A stretch of 63,069 nt of DNA, filler included, from Stramenopiles sp. TOSAG23-3 (taxonomy: Eukaryota), in the NCBI GenBank assembly GCA_900128585.1. It is 8 parts of 8 records of this genome, joined end to end, with 100 filler letters (N's around TTAATTAATTAA, not from the genome) between each part and the next. Parts side by side here need not be neighbours in the genome. Positions count along the whole stretch, not along the records: positions 39,553 to 47,333 come from LT643101.1; positions 47,434 to 55,211 come from LT643102.1; 6 more parts are not named here. One strand, written 5' to 3'. The notes beneath the pieces are model-generated. The model ran no database searches. It saw only the letters and a program-made list of their open reading frames with translations, and was not told the DNA's origin. The translations under genes were made by a program, and so were the position numbers. Every line of letters begins with the position of its first letter. Positions within the stretch are counted from its first letter, which is position 1. This document shows, in pieces, positions 43,226-55,311 of the stretch.

Positions 43226-43494
43226 TGAAGTGGAACCCCTGCAAGAGAAGATTTAGACTGGAAGAAAATACCGAATTTAATATCATACGCACGTATTTAT
43301 TTTAGCTTACGTAAATCTTTCGGGGGCCTCCTTTCAATCTCGGGTCAAAACCTATCATAGATTCGTAAACAAAATATAAATATCTCTCTTTTATTTTAAA
43401 AGATAATTCTTAACACGAAGCACGAAGTAAAAGGGTGTTTTATGATTTCACAGAGTGTAATAAAATCTTGTTGCTATCATACTCTTTGATATTA

Positions 43495-44715
43495 TTATTT
43501 GGCACTCGTCCCCGTTGCTCCTGTTGCAGGGCTGGAGTACTTCTTCTTTGGAGGGCTGTGCTTCTCGTTTATGATTTTGCACAGTTCGTCTACTAGCTGC
43601 GCCTCTTTCTTCGCATTCACGTTGTGGGCTGGGCAAACTCTGTCAAGAATTTTGAGGTGCTCCTGCAAGCGGTGACCATCAAACGTCTCGTCCCGTGCAA
43701 TCGCCCGAAGGACGCGATCCCGCTGCTTTTTCAGCCCCTCCAACGCACCCGATCTGCTCTTTTCTAGCCTGTGGATCGCCGCATTGATCCACTTGTGAAA
43801 GTCTATGAGAACTTCGCGTTCTTTTTGAAAGTTTTTAAACATCAGCGTGTTCAGCTTCATCGAAACGACGTACAAATCGAACGTCTCCTTTCGTGCGCGG
43901 TGGCACTTGGACAGTTCGTTGGCGCACGCGATCTCTTCCCTGCCTTGCCCAAACAGAAAAGTCTTTAGTGTTGCCACCCGCTGCCTCACTCGCTCCGCCC
44001 GTTCGCTGCGGGTGCTGATGCGATTTGTAAGCTCTAACAGACTGGCAGAAAGCTGATTCTCCTCGAACGGGATTTCAACGAAGGACGAGACGGGCTCTTC
44101 GAAGCCCCGGATGGGGTGCAAATGGGGGTTGTAGAACAGCCGGGTTATGTTTGAAATTTGGTGCAACAGTGTTGTAGCGCCTTGCAGATATACCGCGTTC
44201 TCCAGAAATTTGCTTTTGAAGAGGGCGTTTACGAGCTTGGTCAACTCGTGCAAGTTGGCCTTTGACTTCTTCAAGACGGCCAACCCTGTCTTGCTTCCTT
44301 CCAGGGTCGCGATCCTCTCGTTTACCGCCTCTAACAGCGCCTGCTGTGCCTCCTTCTTTTGCTTCGTGTTCGCCTCCCCAAATTTCTCGCCTGAGGACAC
44401 GTACGCTTTCGTTTCTTTAATTTCTACATTGCATATTTCCCCAGACGCCTTCCTCGCATCCGCGGTCTTCTTCCGCAGCGTCTCGCATTTGTTTTTCAAG
44501 TTTTTGTAAAACTGCTCACCTTCGGACTCCGTTGCAATTTCATGCGCAGATAAGTCCGGGCGCCACAGTTTTCCTCTGAAATCGTCCGAAGCTTCGTCCC
44601 CGTCTGTTGCGCCCCTCTCCGACCGGACGTTCGCGGCACCAACCAGCCACGCGGTCCTAGACAACAACACCAAGGCTACGAGACAAACAAGGTTGAATAC
44701 GGAGGCCTTTTTCAT
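43495..44715 (-). CDS. Secreted coiled-coil protein, paralogue A
   Basis: Signal peptide ending ...VGA-ANVRS; shares blocks with 45554-46846. Confidence 0.82.
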   Translation of the reverse strand: MKKASVFNLVCLVALVLLSRTAWLVGAANVRSERGATDGDEASDDFRGKLWRPDLSAHEIATESEGEQFYKNLKNKCETLRKKTADARKASGEICNVEIKETKAYVSSGEKFGEANTKQKKEAQQALLEAVNERIATLEGSKTGLAVLKKSKANLHELTKLVNALFKSKFLENAVYLQGATTLLHQISNITRLFYNPHLHPIRGFEEPVSSFVEIPFEENQLSASLLELTNRISTRSERAERVRQRVATLKTFLFGQGREEIACANELSKCHRARKETFDLYVVSMKLNTLMFKNFQKEREVLIDFHKWINAAIHRLEKSRSGALEGLKKQRDRVLRAIARDETFDGHRLQEHLKILDRVCPAHNVNAKKEAQLVDELCKIINEKHSPPKKKYSSPATGATGTSAK

Positions 44716-45553
44716 CGTTGCGGTATATGTCACAAACACGAATGCCTCTCTCTATCTCTGTCACTTTCTAAAGAGTGAGTGACTCTTCAGAAAGTTGCGT
44801 CGATCGCGATTTCTAAATAATGCGACTGTTCCTTCCATCACAGGTAATGGAAGGAACAGTCACATTGACGCAATTGCATGAATATACATATGTTCTTTAC
44901 TAAAGCCATATAAAATATATAAGAGAACTAAAGCAATAATAATACAACAATACTCACAAATTCTATAAGAAGAAGATAGAAGGGATTTAACAATAAAAAA
45001 AAATATACTAAACACAAATACGATCGATACCTATAAAAGATAAGCTAAATAATGAACAAAGTAAAATAGTTCTCATATTTCCTATAATAATAACAATGTA
45101 CACTATTATTATATATTTTATTATACTTATTTATATAATTAATATTTGTGTTTAGTTGTTATAATATACTTTTTAAAATAGAAGAGATAAGCGTAGATCT
45201 AACATAACATACGTAAATATTATAAATTTAACATATAAATAAGAAAGAATTTCTATTCTCCCCACTTTTTTTCCTCTTTTTTTAAATTTTGTTTTGCTTT
45301 CCTTCTTTTTTAATTCGATACTATTTCTATAGTCTTTCTATATAAATGGACATTCCTAAAACTAGGATATGTATGGTGCAATTAGTGATGGGAAGAAGGA
45401 GACAATGCTATTTGATGTACATATCATAAATCATTAAAAAGGTTCCACGGTTTTCGTTTTTTACTATAATACTACTACTAACAACTAGTTGGTTGTTCTG
45501 TTGAAACTCCCTTTCCCCTTCCTTCCATCGTTTTATTTTTTTTTGAAAGACAA

Positions 45554-46846
45554 TTAGAACGAGGATCCCGTGGCTCCACCAGTGATTCCGTACTTCTTCT
45601 TTGGCGAGGAGTGGAAGGTGTCGATGATCTTGCACAGTTCGGTGATCTTCTTCTCTTCTTTGATAGAGTTGGCTTCGTGCTTTGGGCATACTCTCTTCAA
45701 AATCGCTTCGTGTTCCTTCAAGCGGCGGCCGTCGAACGTTTCGTCGCGGGCCATGGCCTTCTTGACACGATCGATCTGTTCCTTCAAGCGCTGGGCTCTG
45801 CATTTCCTGTAGTGGATAAGTCCAATTGGTAGGTTTGGTTTGCTGGTGTCTTGGCACACCTTTTGGCATGGGTTCTCCCAGCATTTGTGTTTGTTTGGCA
45901 AGTCCGACTCGAACATGACGCGGGCGAGTTTCAGGATGCTGCGAACTTTCTCGAAGTCCTTGAGGAGCTTGGATTGCAAGTGCACGGCCTTTGCCCAAAG
46001 CTCGAACGTTTCCATGCGGGCCTTGTCGCACGGGATTCCCTGGGCTCCGCCGCGCTTCAAGCACTCTTGCATGAACTTGTTGTAGTCTTCTTCGTGAACA
46101 TTGGTGATGTGCTCCATTTGCTTCATCAAGTGCTGCATGATGCGGGTGGAGGACGTGGTCCCTTTGGAGACTTCGATCAAGGAGGAGGCCGCGGACTTTT
46201 CTTGCGGGGCAACAAAGTCAGCGAAGTTCTTGATGGGGCGGAGCTTTGGGCTGTTCAAACCAAAGCTGACTTCGGCCAAGATCTTAAGGATGCTCAGGGA
46301 CCCGTGGATGTATTCTTGGTTCTCGTCGTGCTTGTACTTCCAAAGCTTGTTGGCGGTCTTGATGGTCTCGCCAAGGCGTTGGTAGTGGCCGATCTTATCT
46401 TCCGCGTTGGTGGCCTTGGAGTTACCAACAAGGCGGTACAAGGCGATGATGTGGGCATCGTGGCGGTCGTAGAGGGCGTCCAACAAGTCCTTTTGGGACT
46501 TCTTCTTCGCGGTCAAGATATCGGCACCTGCTTTGATTCCGTCGTTGACGTACTTCTCTGTCTCTTCGATCTCAATCTTGCAGGTGTTCTTGGATTCTAG
46601 GCGTGCCTTCTTGGTCTCCGTTTGCAATTTCTGGCACTTGCCTTTCAATTCTTGGTAGAACTTTTCTCCTTCCGCTTCCGTAGAGATGGAGTGGGACGTA
46701 AAATCGGGGGACCACACTTTCTTGGTGTCGTCCTCGGGCTCGTCGCCACCAGTTGCACTGTCGGCGTTGGCTTTACGGACATTGGCCGCGTTGGTGGCGC
46801 CCACAAAGAGAGCTCCAGCGACAAACAAAACGTGTTTTAACTTCAT
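45554..46846 (-). CDS. Secreted coiled-coil protein, paralogue B
   Basis: Signal peptide ending ...TNA-ANVRK. WSPDFTSHSISTEAEGEKFY and ARDETFDG..L.EH..IL.RVCP match paralogue A. Confidence 0.85.
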   Translation of the reverse strand: MKLKHVLFVAGALFVGATNAANVRKANADSATGGDEPEDDTKKVWSPDFTSHSISTEAEGEKFYQELKGKCQKLQTETKKARLESKNTCKIEIEETEKYVNDGIKAGADILTAKKKSQKDLLDALYDRHDAHIIALYRLVGNSKATNAEDKIGHYQRLGETIKTANKLWKYKHDENQEYIHGSLSILKILAEVSFGLNSPKLRPIKNFADFVAPQEKSAASSLIEVSKGTTSSTRIMQHLMKQMEHITNVHEEDYNKFMQECLKRGGAQGIPCDKARMETFELWAKAVHLQSKLLKDFEKVRSILKLARVMFESDLPNKHKCWENPCQKVCQDTSKPNLPIGLIHYRKCRAQRLKEQIDRVKKAMARDETFDGRRLKEHEAILKRVCPKHEANSIKEEKKITELCKIIDTFHSSPKKKYGITGGATGSSF

Positions 46847-47333
46847 TTTAGTTCCTTTTGGTTTTACAAAAAACTTAAGCTTTTACTAAATATCGCGATA
46901 CTTTCCGATTTCTTTCCGTTCCTTTCCCGTATAATCGTTCTTTATTTATCTAATACTTTCACTCACCCCTTCGTTCATACTCATTAGACTTGCAACTCCA
47001 AATCCTTTTCGTATGAAGCCCCCTTTGTTAATTATTTCGCCTTGCTTAGTTCAGTGTTGTAAAGTCAACAAGAAAAAATAAAAATCAAATTAAATAAAAA
47101 GGAGAAATATTAACATTGAATAGCAAAGAAAGGGTGGTGGGAATTATAAGAAAAATTCATATATTATCAGTATGCATTCTTTCGTATACTTATCCCTATA
47201 TAAAAATGTAATTAATACTTTTTTTAATACTATTTCTATATTTAATTAATTAACGCCATAGGAATAATGTACCTAATCCAACCGATTGGCCACATTTGCC
47301 TTTCTCTCCTCCCCCCCCCCCCCCCCCCCCCCC

Positions 47334-47433
47334 NNNNNNNNNNNNNNNNNNNNNNNNNNNNNNNNNNNNNNNNNNNNTTAATTAATTAANNNNNNNNNNN
47401 NNNNNNNNNNNNNNNNNNNNNNNNNNNNNNNNN
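47334..47433. other. Artificial contig linker, preceded by poly-C
   Basis: N44-TTAATTAATTAA-N44. Confidence 0.99.
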
Positions 47434-47454
47434 ACGCAAGTGTGCAGTAGAACT

Positions 47455-50400
47455 TTAGGAGTCTATTTTGGAAATCTCTTGCGCAAGACTCTCCCCCAAC
47501 AATCCCTGCAGGTGGCCTTTCACAAAATCACTGCTGCGCTTTATCTTTTCCGCAAGATGATTTGCAATGACGGAGAAGAAGACTGGGGCCCTTTGTTTCC
47601 GCAAGCCACCTTCTACCAAACCTTTACAGTACAAACTGTACATTTCCTCGTCGTCGCCGTTGAACAAGCTAGGACCAACATCGTACCTCTCAAAGCCAGC
47701 TTCTAACAGGTACATCATGCGGTTCTTGGTGCCCTTCCTCCATACGTACGAACGGGAATTCTTGTCCTGCGAAAGAAATATCAGCACGCGAGCAAACGTA
47801 GAGTGGCCAAAGGAAGACCGGAAAAAGGTATCTACCAGTGCGGACGACAATTCTTTCACCCCGTCCTCTCCGCATACTTCCAACAACTCGGTGATCGACA
47901 CGCGTTTTAACAGTGCATCAATCAAAGGACAGACATTCTCTGAGATCACGTCTTCGTGGATGAGTTCACCGTCGCGGCGCAAAAATGCCTGCACCAGACA
48001 GAACAAGCGAAGGGGCAGGGGTGCTGCTTTGAGGACATTTTCAGAGTGCAACAGGCCGGAACTTTCCAGCTGGGATATCAGCAGCACGGTTTGCTTCAGC
48101 ACGTTCAAACTGGCCTTGCCGTCCATGGTCATCCCCAGCCACAACCAGTGCCGGGGCACCGGCAGTATCGAAGGCTGGCGTTTGGACATGGTCCGAGGCA
48201 CTAAACTGCAGCACAAATCGAGGGGAGCAGACGCAGACGTGTTGAACAGCGAGATAGAATGCTTTTGGGTGTGCTCGTCTCCCAAGAAGGAAGCAAAGAA
48301 TCGTTTGATCTCCTCTGCATCGACCGCGCTGTTCTTCGTCAGCAGAGGCGACCATACTAAAATATTACTCAACAAATTGGCAAACACGTACTCATCGCCG
48401 GGAAGGATGTTTCCCATTATGGCAAACGACGCGCTGAAGAGTTGCCCGAACACGTCCCGCTGTTTGTCATCCTCCGGGTTGACCTCCGCAACAATGCGCA
48501 CGACAACATCCACTGCGTCGGCTATCAAAAGAACCCGAGCGCGCTCGGTGTACGGGGAAAGCCCTCGCCACGCCCTTGCCATGTCTTCGCTGTCGAGGCG
48601 CACGGCAAACTTGTTGAGAACGGACAACAGGATTTCGACAATAGCGCTGCCGAACATTTTTATTCCACTCTTAAGCATCGCTGACGGGTCGTAGACAAGC
48701 AACGATTGCAAACAGCGCACGTAGCCGTGCAAGACGGCGATGGAATAATCGCGGTCTTCTTTTGCCCCGTCGGCGCGTTCGACCGCGTCAATCAAACGGT
48801 CACTTTTGTGCACTTGAAACATCAACGAAACGATTCTTGAACTCCATCGCGATGGTGGAAAATTGCACGTGCAGTAAGTTGAAATAAAATGCAGCGAGGC
48901 GGCAACCACTTTCGTCCCATTTGGCTTCAAGCTAGCGTCCAAAGCTTCCAGTGCACTTTTCAAGTACATCTCCAATTCCACCTGAACGCTTTCTGCAGAC
49001 TCGTTGTTGCTGTTGCCGCGTTTTCCTGTTGGTTTAGACCGGAAGGCGAGCGCTCTTGCCGAACAGACTGCGTAGACCATGTTTGCCAGTACCTTCCTGT
49101 CCTCCCCTGCCGCTGCTCTTCCTGGAAGCTGGCGCAGCGGCTCGTGCATGGCCATGAACGATGGAACGTCCAGGCCCAGCAGAGCCGTCGATGGAATCGT
49201 GCGCAAAAAAATGGCTCAGCATTTCTGGCGAGAGCAGGTACCGTTTGACCGAGTCGGACAGCCCGTCCGGCGCGGCAACATCCCCGGCGATGGAGCGATC
49301 CATCTGGCACAGCGTTCGGACAAACCGAATAGCGTTGTGGATCACCGTTCCCCCGCTACCGTTCTCGGCGCCTGAATTCCCTTCGATGTAAACCAACCGC
49401 ACGGTGTCTATCAGCTTTTGGTTGTCCCAGATTGTCTTCGCCGCTGCGATGGAATGGGACGCGGCATACGCCAGGGTGTCCATTATGCACCTGGCCAATT
49501 CTATCGGAAGAAAGGCGTCCTCGGTCCCCGCAGAGGGAAGGGAGGAGGCAAGAATTCGATCAAAATATTCCAACATTCCGCTTCGAATTGCCCAGCGAAC
49601 AGGATCTTCCTCTGAGAGTCGTGCGAGCACCCCGTCCGCCGTCTCCTCGCTGGCCTCGTCCTTGCTGTTCCTCTGCAGCTCCGCTTCCCCGACCGCGTCG
49701 ACGACATGGCGGGTTGCAATGGTACAGTGTGGGCTTTGAGCATGCTCTATATGAGGCCAAGCCTCGTGCCTTTTGTAGCCAGCATTCGAAGCCTGCTCCC
49801 GTAAGAACTGCTTTGGAACTAACCATGCGTGTACCGATGCAATGGCTTCGTACATCACCGCCAGGACGTCGCTGCGAAGCCCGAGTATAAGGACTTGCCC
49901 AAGCGACCGGGGCAGCTTCGTCGGCGTCACCACCTGCCCCGTGGGCCTGTCCTCCAGGACGTCGCGTCGCCGCTGCAAGACTTTGGTAAGGGCCCGAAAG
50001 GCCGTCAGCCGTTGGCCTGAAACCACGCTTCGGCTCAAGTGAACCAACTCGTCCACCGTGTACCCGGGCAGTGTCGGGTCATCCCCATGGTGGTACAAAC
50101 TTTCCTCGTCCCCGTCCTGAACCCCGACCACTCGTACGTTGCGAACGTCCTCCCCCTCCCCCAACAAATGCTCGTCGCCTTTCAGGATCACCCTGACCCC
50201 GCTTAAATCAAACCTTGGGGGTTTGGCAAATATCGGAGTGCCCTTGCCCTTGTCCTTCACTGGCTCCATCCATGCAAGTTTGTCCTTTTCGAACGAGGGA
50301 AGGTACTCTTGGGTTGCCGCGATCAGCTCTTCGTCCGTTCTGATGGTGGCCAACTTGTCAGAGACGCCAGGGGGCAAAGTCGGGAACAGGTTCGGGGGTG

Positions 50401-51226
50401 GTCCAGAGGTTGACGGGGGGCGGGGCGGCGGGGTGCTTTCGCCTGCGGTCTTGTTGGGCCGTACTTCGGAGCGAAACTTGCTAGGGGGTTTGGCCGCAGG
50501 CTTCTGCACGTCCCCGCGGGCCTGGGGCTTTGGTCCCCCCCGCCGTTTCCTCAACATCGCCACCAAGGACGGGTCCATGGTGCCCAACAAGTCATCGCGC
50601 GCCTGCTCGACCTCCTCACTTGACATTCCTGCCAACCGCTGCAAGTTCTCGCGGTGAATCTCACTTCTGCTGATGCCAGTCTCGCCCACATTGTCGTTTG
50701 CAGCGCCTGGGGGGGAAGAGGAGGAGGAGGCAGCGGCCGCGTCCGCCGCACTGCGCTTTCTCTGCTCCTCCGCCAACATTTGTCCAAATTTCGATGGACC
50801 GGATTTCTTTCCCTTGCGCGCGGCCAAAGAAAAGGAGAGTTTGCTGCGATGGAGCGCCTTGGGGAATCCCCCCGGGCTAATAGACGGTGCAAAGTACGCG
50901 CTTGGGTTTACCTCCCGCTCAAAAACATCACAGAGCACATCAACTGCGACCGGGGCCTCCATTGGCACTCTGCCAATGTTTGACGGGCCGCCTGCAAACA
51001 TAGTTGGGGCCTTCGTTTCGGCCCCAGCCGCGGTGGGAGGTCCCTCTTCATCGTCTAAACTAATAATATCTTTTTTAACACTTGGAAACTCCTCTTTCGG
51101 GCGCGCAGAGACGACATTGGCCGCAGGCCGCTGGCGCTCTTTCGCGGACATAAACATTCGCTGGGACTCGAGGACCTGGTCCCACCCCGCTTCGTCCTCT
51201 GGGTTCGAAAGGCGAGGGTGGAACAT
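47455..51226 (-). CDS. RPAP1: RNA polymerase II-associated protein 1 (RPAP1/Rba50), split by one frameshift near 49205
   Basis: RPAP1_N EIHRENLQRLAGMSSEEVEQARDDLLGTMDPSLVAMLRKR; RPAP1_C LYHHGDDPTLPGYTVDELVHLSRS...QR; the ARM-like ORF 47455-49206 continues it. Confidence 0.88.
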
Positions 51227-51839
51227 TCTGCGAGAAACCTAACACCGCCTGCAAACGCAACAACGTACACCAGCCTACACAACTTCTAAACTCAACGCCG
51301 TTCAATTTCGTCCGTCCGTGCACGCGTTCCTCTGTCCTTCCTTTCGCTTAAAAACTCCTACGAATGGTATTTCCAAGGGAAAACACTACGCATACATATA
51401 AATTTGAATATGTAAAAAATACACAAGAAACTAAAGAGTTATTGCAACATTTGATGATCAGGTGTAAAATTAATAGATACCAGTTGGTAATAATTTTAAT
51501 ACCGATCGTACATCAAATATTATTTATTTTATTATCAAATGGGATGATAGAGTAGGACTATTATACAACAATTATTTATTATTAAAACTGTCTCAAAAAA
51601 TTTCTTTTTTTCTTCTTCTTCCGTCTCGAGTTTCTAAAAAAAAACTAATGATCGTCTCGAGTTTCTATATTTAAAAAAAAGAAAGAAAAAAAAAACAAGA
51701 AAATTGGCTGTTAATATTTGTTCGTTTTGTAAAATGTACTCTGTAAGTTTTAGAAAAAATATTGAGTGTTTACTCTCTCTTCTATATTGTCTGTTATATA
51801 TACATTATAATTCTTACAAATTTGCGGCACTCTGTGTTT

Positions 51840-53708
51840 CTACTTTTCGTCCACTTTCTTCTCTTTTGTTTCAACGCATTCCATCACCACGACGTCCACC
51901 ATCTCCCGCTTTGTTTCTTCAGGGCTGTCGTCCACAACAATGTCCACCTTTTTCTGCTCTATGGCATTCTGTACATAGGGGTATTGCTGGAAGGGGGCTC
52001 TCGCGCTGGCTACGGTCCACTTCTGAAACGTGTCTTGAACTGCGTTCTCTGCGCCAACCAAGGCGAGCGCGATCCCATCCGTCCGAAGCATATCTTCAAG
52101 GGTGGACAGCGCGTGAAGCCCGGAGAGATCCACTCTAGTGACCAAGGACATGTCTACGATTACACTCCCAACCTTTTCCTCGTCATCGGATGCATTTATT
52201 GCGTTCACTTCGCTTACAATTTTCCGTTTAAACAAGGCGCAGTTCACAAAAATCAGGGGGCTATCGATGCGGATGATGACGTTGCCCGGAGGACGGTACG
52301 CGTTCGGAAACCGTTCCCTGTCTACCCACTGCTGCCCTTTCGCCTCCGTCTTGGAATCCACTCGTCCTAAGAGTGGCATGTTCGGGGACGCGCTCTCGCG
52401 AATCACGTTCAGCATGGAAAAAACGGTCCCAATCCCGACGCCCAGCTCAATGCCCAGGCCGAGGGTTGCCACAAAAGTCGTCGTTAGCACGGCAAAATCT
52501 GAACGATTGACCTTCCAGGCTTTCTTGAAAGCCTCCACCTTGATCATTCCGATGACCGAGGTGATGATGATGGCCGCCAGGGCGGAGTACGGGACAAACT
52601 CAAGGACTGGGCTTAGCACGAGCAACACCAGTATGACCCCAAGCCCGGTAAAAAAGTTCGATGCTGTCGTCCTGGACCCCGCGTCCGCATTTACAGCAGC
52701 TCTGCCAATGCTACCAGCAACTGGGATGGCGTGAAAAAATGACCCTGCTATGTTCGCGGCGCCCAGTGCGATCAGCTCTTTGTTCGGCTCAACGACCTCA
52801 GCCTTGTCGTACACTTTTGCGCCCGCGTACGTCTCTGCAAACCCGATCAGTGCGATGGGGATTGCGGGCAGAATGAGCTCCGGTATTCGGGCGACAATCG
52901 CTGAGCTCGAGAGCACTGCGGTTGGGGCGGGGATGCCGGACGGCTGCTTGCCCACGATGTTCACGCTTGCTCCACTCGCGGTCATCACCCCTGCGACGAT
53001 AGAGGCCAAGCCAATCACAGAGAGAGCAGAGAACCTTGCTGCGATGGATACAACCTTGAAGGCCACGGAGGGCTTTTCTGCTCGAGCACCGGGGGCACCG
53101 TGCTTCTTTTTCCACCACTTGAGAAACAGTAGGAGGACAAAGCTTGCTATCGACAGGAGGAGTTCCGTAACGTTGGCGTTTGGAACTTTTGAGAATATCT
53201 CCCCCAGCGTCTGTACAGGGTAACGGTGCCGGCCAATTTGCACGCCGAGGACATACTTCATTTGACTGGACGCTATGATTACTGCCGCGGCGGTAGTGAA
53301 CCCCCCCAGAACCTCGTGGGAAAGCAGGTGCGTGATGCTTCCCATGCGCAGCGCGCCGAGCGCGAGAGATACGATGCCGCTCAGCAATGTCAACAAATTG
53401 ACCAGTGCAACGGTGTCTTCGGGGGCGACGCCTGGGAGCGCGTTTATCGTACCCGCGCTGAGCAGGGCCAGCATTGCCACTGGTCCGACGGCCACCTGCC
53501 CGGAAGTTCCTAGGAGAGAATAGACCAACAACGGCAATGCGCTCGAGTACAGGCCATATATCGGTGGGACCTCCGCTAGTATCGCATACGCCATTGATTG
53601 AGGGACCAACATGAACAGAACGGTAATGGACGGGACAAGTGCTTCTTTGGCAACCTCAAGCAACCCACGGTCTTTCACAACCTTCACGATTGGGAAAAGT
53701 TTGTCCAT
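51840..53708 (-). CDS. SulP/SLC26 anion (sulfate/bicarbonate) transporter with STAS domain
   Basis: VPQSMAYAILA.VPPIYGLYS, GTSGQVAVGP, NKELIALGAAN, RIDSPLIFVN and VDMSLVTRVDLSG. Confidence 0.95.
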   Translation of the reverse strand: MDKLFPIVKVVKDRGLLEVAKEALVPSITVLFMLVPQSMAYAILAEVPPIYGLYSSALPLLVYSLLGTSGQVAVGPVAMLALLSAGTINALPGVAPEDTVALVNLLTLLSGIVSLALGALRMGSITHLLSHEVLGGFTTAAAVIIASSQMKYVLGVQIGRHRYPVQTLGEIFSKVPNANVTELLLSIASFVLLLFLKWWKKKHGAPGARAEKPSVAFKVVSIAARFSALSVIGLASIVAGVMTASGASVNIVGKQPSGIPAPTAVLSSSAIVARIPELILPAIPIALIGFAETYAGAKVYDKAEVVEPNKELIALGAANIAGSFFHAIPVAGSIGRAAVNADAGSRTTASNFFTGLGVILVLLVLSPVLEFVPYSALAAIIITSVIGMIKVEAFKKAWKVNRSDFAVLTTTFVATLGLGIELGVGIGTVFSMLNVIRESASPNMPLLGRVDSKTEAKGQQWVDRERFPNAYRPPGNVIIRIDSPLIFVNCALFKRKIVSEVNAINASDDEEKVGSVIVDMSLVTRVDLSGLHALSTLEDMLRTDGIALALVGAENAVQDTFQKWTVASARAPFQQYPYVQNAIEQKKVDIVVDDSPEETKREMVDVVVMECVETKEKKVDEK

Positions 53709-54356
53709 TTTTTTCCTTCTAAGTGTGGACTGTACAGGTTCGCCCCAGAGCGCACACGCAGAGAGAGAGAAAGACAAGCACGCGCCCCTTTTGGTGTTTC
53801 TATTCGGGGATGGGGTTTCTTTGAAGTTAAAATGTTCTCTTTGTGTATAAATTGTATTGAATGCACCGCACCGGTAGTCGGTCTAGTAATTTTTAAATGG
53901 TTTTTTAAAATACTAATTAATATTAATTCATTATATTACTTTACACTTTTTCTTCTTCTATGAATTGTATATTGTGTGGGCTGTGGTGCGTGTTGTTTGT
54001 TGGTGAAAAGTTATTTTAAGTTTTTAAGTTTTCATTTTTAGTATTTTATTACATCTATAAATATATACTTATTAATGTACTTTATTATATAATATCTATT
54101 CTATTAAATTACAATGTAGTCCTATTTTCTTCATATTCTTTTCATTAATGTTATTATTTAAACTGTGATTATTATTATATATTTTAATTTAATATATATA
54201 TTTAAAATTATCCTTAATATTATTTTGTTGATAGTCATGTTTACCACAAATTACGAAGTCCTAGCTTATATAGTTAAATTGTATAATGCGTATAATAATA
54301 GGTATAATTAATACGTGTTTATATTAGTCGTCGCGTCATCATCAATCATCATCTAA

Positions 54357-54410
54357 TAATTTAATTTAATTTTAATTTTAATTTTAATTTTAATTTTAAT
54401 TTTTAATTTA
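54357..54410. repeat. (TTTTAA)n repeat
   Basis: Direct reading. Confidence 0.9.
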
Positions 54411-55211
54411 AAGGCTCAGTATAATTCAATAATACCTCACACACTCTATTCTACTCTGTTCAGCTCAATCAGTTCTTCTTTCAATCAGTTCAAGTTCACA
54501 GGAATGCTTCTTCTTCTTTAAATATACGTCGTATATCTCATCATCAGAATTTAAATACGTCGTATAATAATAGTCTTTCTTCTATAACTAAAAGAATCGA
54601 TCGACAACTAAAATAATTTAAATAATAGAGATCTGCTTGGAACTCCGCCCCTGTGGGTGGGCCTGTGGACTGTGGGTGGGTGGGCCTGCCTGTGGGAACA
54701 TATCAAAAATATATACCCCTATAAATAAATGCCTTGTTTGAGAAAATGTATCAAAAAATCTCGCTGAAGCACAACATGGACTTGTTGAACCGTATAAGTA
54801 TTAATTTTTTTTAAATGTAATCTGTGAGAATCGGAAAGTTCGAGTTCACGGATGCTGGAAAGTTCGAGGAAGTCTCGGAACGACTTTGGACTAGGTTTGT
54901 GCGTGAAGGAATTCGCAAGAATTCTTAGGACACGCCAGATTTCAAGTTCTTAGTTTTCTAGCATCTACAGAGCAGGCGAAATGCGAAGGATGGAGGACCA
55001 TTAGTAGTTAGTTAGTAGTGGAAAAAACTAAAAAAAAGAAGAAGAAGTTTTAGTTGTAAGCAATTCTTCTTCTACCTTGACACATCATACTTTTCGTATC
55101 TATTTTCGTTTCTTATATTTAAACTCTTTTCGAAGAACTGAAAGACAAAAGACATTCTTTACCAAGAAAACACTTGTAGATATATTATATATTTTTGAAA
55201 ACAATGGCGTC

Positions 55212-55311
55212 NNNNNNNNNNNNNNNNNNNNNNNNNNNNNNNNNNNNNNNNNNNNTTAATTAATTAANNNNNNNNNNNNNNNNNNNNNNNNNNNNNNNNN
55301 NNNNNNNNNNN
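55212..55311. other. Artificial contig linker
   Basis: N44-TTAATTAATTAA-N44. Confidence 0.99.

Noticed and set aside
7836-55311. Regularly spaced TTAATTAATTAA palindromes as a biological repeat
   Set aside because: Always centred in 44+44 Ns, cutting genes and separating size-sorted contigs: a concatenation linker.
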